NCBI GenBank assembly: GCA_051047955.1
Contig: JBPGPT010000004.1
Span: 124,001-188,000 of the forward strand
Direction: 5' to 3'
Length of the DNA stretch: 64,000 nucleotides
Source of the DNA: Cystobasidiomycetes sp. EMM_F5
Lineage: Eukaryota
Each line of letters opens with the position of its first letter. The stretch's first letter is position 1. The notes beneath the pieces are model-generated. The model saw only the letters and a list, made by a program, of their open reading frames with translations, had not been told where the DNA came from and did no database searches. Shown piece after piece: positions 61,743 to 64,000 of this stretch. The translations under genes and the position numbers were made by a program.

Positions 61743-64000
61743 TCATGAACAGAACTCGTCGATGATCTCCTTAATGTATGCTTCTGTCTTATGCAAGCTG
61801 GCAACATCTACCCATTCGTCCTTTGAATGTAGCCCTGCGCCGATAGGCCCCAGTACGATTGACGGGATGCCCGCTTCTGCCATCAGCGCGGCATCACACC
61901 AGAAGCTAAGGCTCGTAAATTCAGATTTGATGCCACCCGCACGAGCGGCGACTTTTTGCACCAGCTTGGCAAAAGCGCAGCCAAGATCAAGCTTGTATGG
62001 TGCTTGCGACATAACGATACGGGGGCTACCAGCCTTGAAGTGAGGCACAGAGGCTTTGAGCTTTGTCAGAATGTGAGCAATATCGCCAGCTATGCTCTCG
62101 GGAGATTGTGCGGGTATCGTTCTAAACTCGACAGTAACCGTGCAGATGGCAGGATACGAGGAAGTCTCGACGCCGCCTGATATTTTTCCACAATGCAACG
62201 AGGCTTGTCCCAGTCGATCATCGATGGGGAGACTTTCCGAATACTGACGGAGGGCGTCCAAGAAGTACGAGGCGTTCATAATGGCATCGACACCGTCCGC
62301 GGGCCGAGAGCCATGCGCAGCTACACCCAATATGTCTATCTCAATCCACACAAAGCCTTTGTGCCCTGCGCCAAGCTTTAGATCCGTGGGCTCCGTCACA
62401 ACACCAGCGTCGGCTGTCCAGCCAGCAGCGAGTACATCCGCGGTGCCAATAGACGCATCTTCCTCGTCGGCAGCGGCAACCACGATGACATCCCCGCGGA
62501 GGTGTGTCGAATTCGCTGCATATGCAAGGGCTGTCATAGCTGCAGCCAGCCCGGACTTCATGTCTTGCGATCCCCGGCCGACGATGACCTCCCGCTCGTT
62601 ACGCTGTTGCAGCTCACCAGAAAGGGGATTGCCTTCGTACGCGTCATGACTGACTGTATCTAGATGACCATTGAGCATGATTGACTTCCCGCCTCCGCTT
62701 CCTTTGACTCGACCGATAATGGAGGGTCGTCCTCTTGTACTTTCGACGCGGCTTTGCTCGATGCCGCGGTGCTCAAACCAAGCTGCGACGAAGTTGGCAA
62801 TCTGGACTTCGCCTACGCCTGATGCGGACAAGGTTGGGTTGCTAGAATCGATTTGTACGAGATTTTGGGTTAAAGTGACAACGTCATCTAATGTGACATC
62901 GTTAGGCGTAGTGTAAGGGCGCTGGCCCTCTGTGCAGAGGAGGACAACAACGCTGTCCTCGTTCAGCACGCCGTTGTCCGAAGACCCGGCAAGGCAACGC
63001 AGTCCTGCCAAAATGCCCGCTCCACAAGGTCCAGCCTGAATGCTGTGCTTATCTAGATCGCCTACAGCCACATGAGCTTCATAGTCCGACACAGTCAAAC
63101 TGGTATGGAGGTACTTCTTCAGTGATGGCCAGGCTGTAGTCGAAGGCGTTCCGCAATCCATGCCTGTCATGATGGTGTAAGAGGTCCGAATAGAAGTAAG
63201 CTCTCCTGCTTGAAGGCTCTTGTAGAGGCATGCCGCAGTGTCTGGCTCGACGGCAACAATCGTTCGAGCGGCATCAACGGTTTTGCCATACAATGTGACA
63301 GCGTGGGCGAGTGAGCCTACTCCCACCGGAGTAAGCATGACTGAGCACACAAGACCTTGAGTTGCCAGTTGCTCGTCGACCTCGCGCAGCATGGTCGTAT
63401 ACCCTTCCACAATGTATTTAGGAAGTTCTTCGTAGCCTTTGAATGCCGTATCTTGAATGAGCAGACCGTTTGTATTTTTCTGGCTCTCCGCATACGCTTT
63501 CGCAACGGCAGCGTCGTAATCATCGTTATCTTGGTTGACGGTAAATCCAGTAGCTTTCAGCTTGTCCTTGGTATATCCGTCGAGGGTACGGGGCACAAAG
63601 ATGTGCGCCGTTATCCCGAGACTTTGGGCCATGTATGCCACTGCACGACCATGGTTACCGTCTGTCGCAGCATACAATTCAATACGCTGGTCCTGCGACA
63701 ATCGCTTGAGGTCGTCGAGCTTCGTCGAAGTTGGGACTTGGAACCGCTGGCACAGTGCTTTGAACGTTGCCCATGATGCGCCCAGGATCTTGAACGACGG
63801 CAGTCCAGCTCGACAGCTCTCGTCTTTCACAAAGACCGCCTTGACGCCCAATCCCTCCGCGACGTCGGGCAATCCAACGAGCGGAGTCACACGATAACCA
63901 GGCAGACTGCTGTGAAAGGCCTTTAGAGCTTCAGCGTCCAGCTCAGGCCATGATGCCCTTGAATTGGTCGCCTCCAGCTGAGGGTTCTGCCATAGCGGTC
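61743..64000 (-). CDS. fusion: diaminopropionate ammonia-lyase-like PLP enzyme + M20 (ArgE/DapE-like) metallohydrolase; 5'-partial
   Basis: FHSSLPGYRVTPL, VKDES...LPSFKILGA (PLP Lys), TDGNHGRAVA, PVGVGSLA; then NGHLDTV, GRGSQDMKSG, ADEED, EPT, GLHSKDEWV; frame open to window end. Confidence 0.9.
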   Translation of the reverse strand, partial: PLWQNPQLEATNSRASWPELDAEALKAFHSSLPGYRVTPLVGLPDVAEGLGVKAVFVKDESCRAGLPSFKILGASWATFKALCQRFQVPTSTKLDDLKRLSQDQRIELYAATDGNHGRAVAYMAQSLGITAHIFVPRTLDGYTKDKLKATGFTVNQDNDDYDAAVAKAYAESQKNTNGLLIQDTAFKGYEELPKYIVEGYTTMLREVDEQLATQGLVCSVMLTPVGVGSLAHAVTLYGKTVDAARTIVAVEPDTAACLYKSLQAGELTSIRTSYTIMTGMDCGTPSTTAWPSLKKYLHTSLTVSDYEAHVAVGDLDKHSIQAGPCGAGILAGLRCLAGSSDNGVLNEDSVVVLLCTEGQRPYTTPNDVTLDDVVTLTQNLVQIDSSNPTLSASGVGEVQIANFVAAWFEHRGIEQSRVESTRGRPSIIGRVKGSGGGKSIMLNGHLDTVSHDAYEGNPLSGELQQRNEREVIVGRGSQDMKSGLAAAMTALAYAANSTHLRGDVIVVAAADEEDASIGTADVLAAGWTADAGVVTEPTDLKLGAGHKGFVWIEIDILGVAAHGSRPADGVDAIMNASYFLDALRQYSESLPIDDRLGQASLHCGKISGGVETSSYPAICTVTVEFRTIPAQSPESIAGDIAHILTKLKASVPHFKAGSPRIVMSQAPYKLDLGCAFAKLVQKVAARAGGIKSEFTSLSFWCDAALMAEAGIPSIVLGPIGAGLHSKDEWVDVASLHKTEAYIKEIIDEFCS

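Noticed and set aside
1..64000. tRNA, rRNA, snoRNA, CRISPR arrays, transposons and the many antisense ORFs in the track
   Set aside because: No such structures or transposase/RT motifs seen by eye (small ncRNAs could be missed without Infernal/tRNAscan); antisense ORFs are shadows of real genes

Overview
Gene-dense eukaryotic (fungal) chromosomal segment, most likely a basidiomycete yeast (inferred from ~50-70 nt introns with GTRAGT/CTRAC/YAG signals, several GC-AG introns and protein families). About 27 mostly spliced protein-coding genes can be supported; no tRNA, rRNA, CRISPR array or transposon was recognised. Housekeeping genes: myo-inositol/sugar transporter, BMS1, eRF1, ELF1, RPP20/POP7, homocitrate synthase, PhyH dioxygenase, SEN1, SDH6, FES1, IWR1, GMPPA and CET1. 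Highlights: (1) a tandem triplet of GxGD signal-peptide-peptidase genes sharing a 10-nt micro-exon, whose third copy has lost the YD aspartate, reads GVRD for GLGD and carries a large acidic loop (candidate pseudo-protease), next to a pair of F-box genes; (2) a nuclear, probably mitochondrion-targeted protein resembling bacterial RnpA; (3) a diaminopropionate ammonia-lyase/M20 hydrolase fusion, intronless in the visible part and running off the window end; (4) a 4-exon 96-aa Alb1/Ecm1-like gene invisible to the ORF track, head-to-head with BMS1. Gene models and family calls were made by eye without database searches; CDS coordinates span first to last exon.
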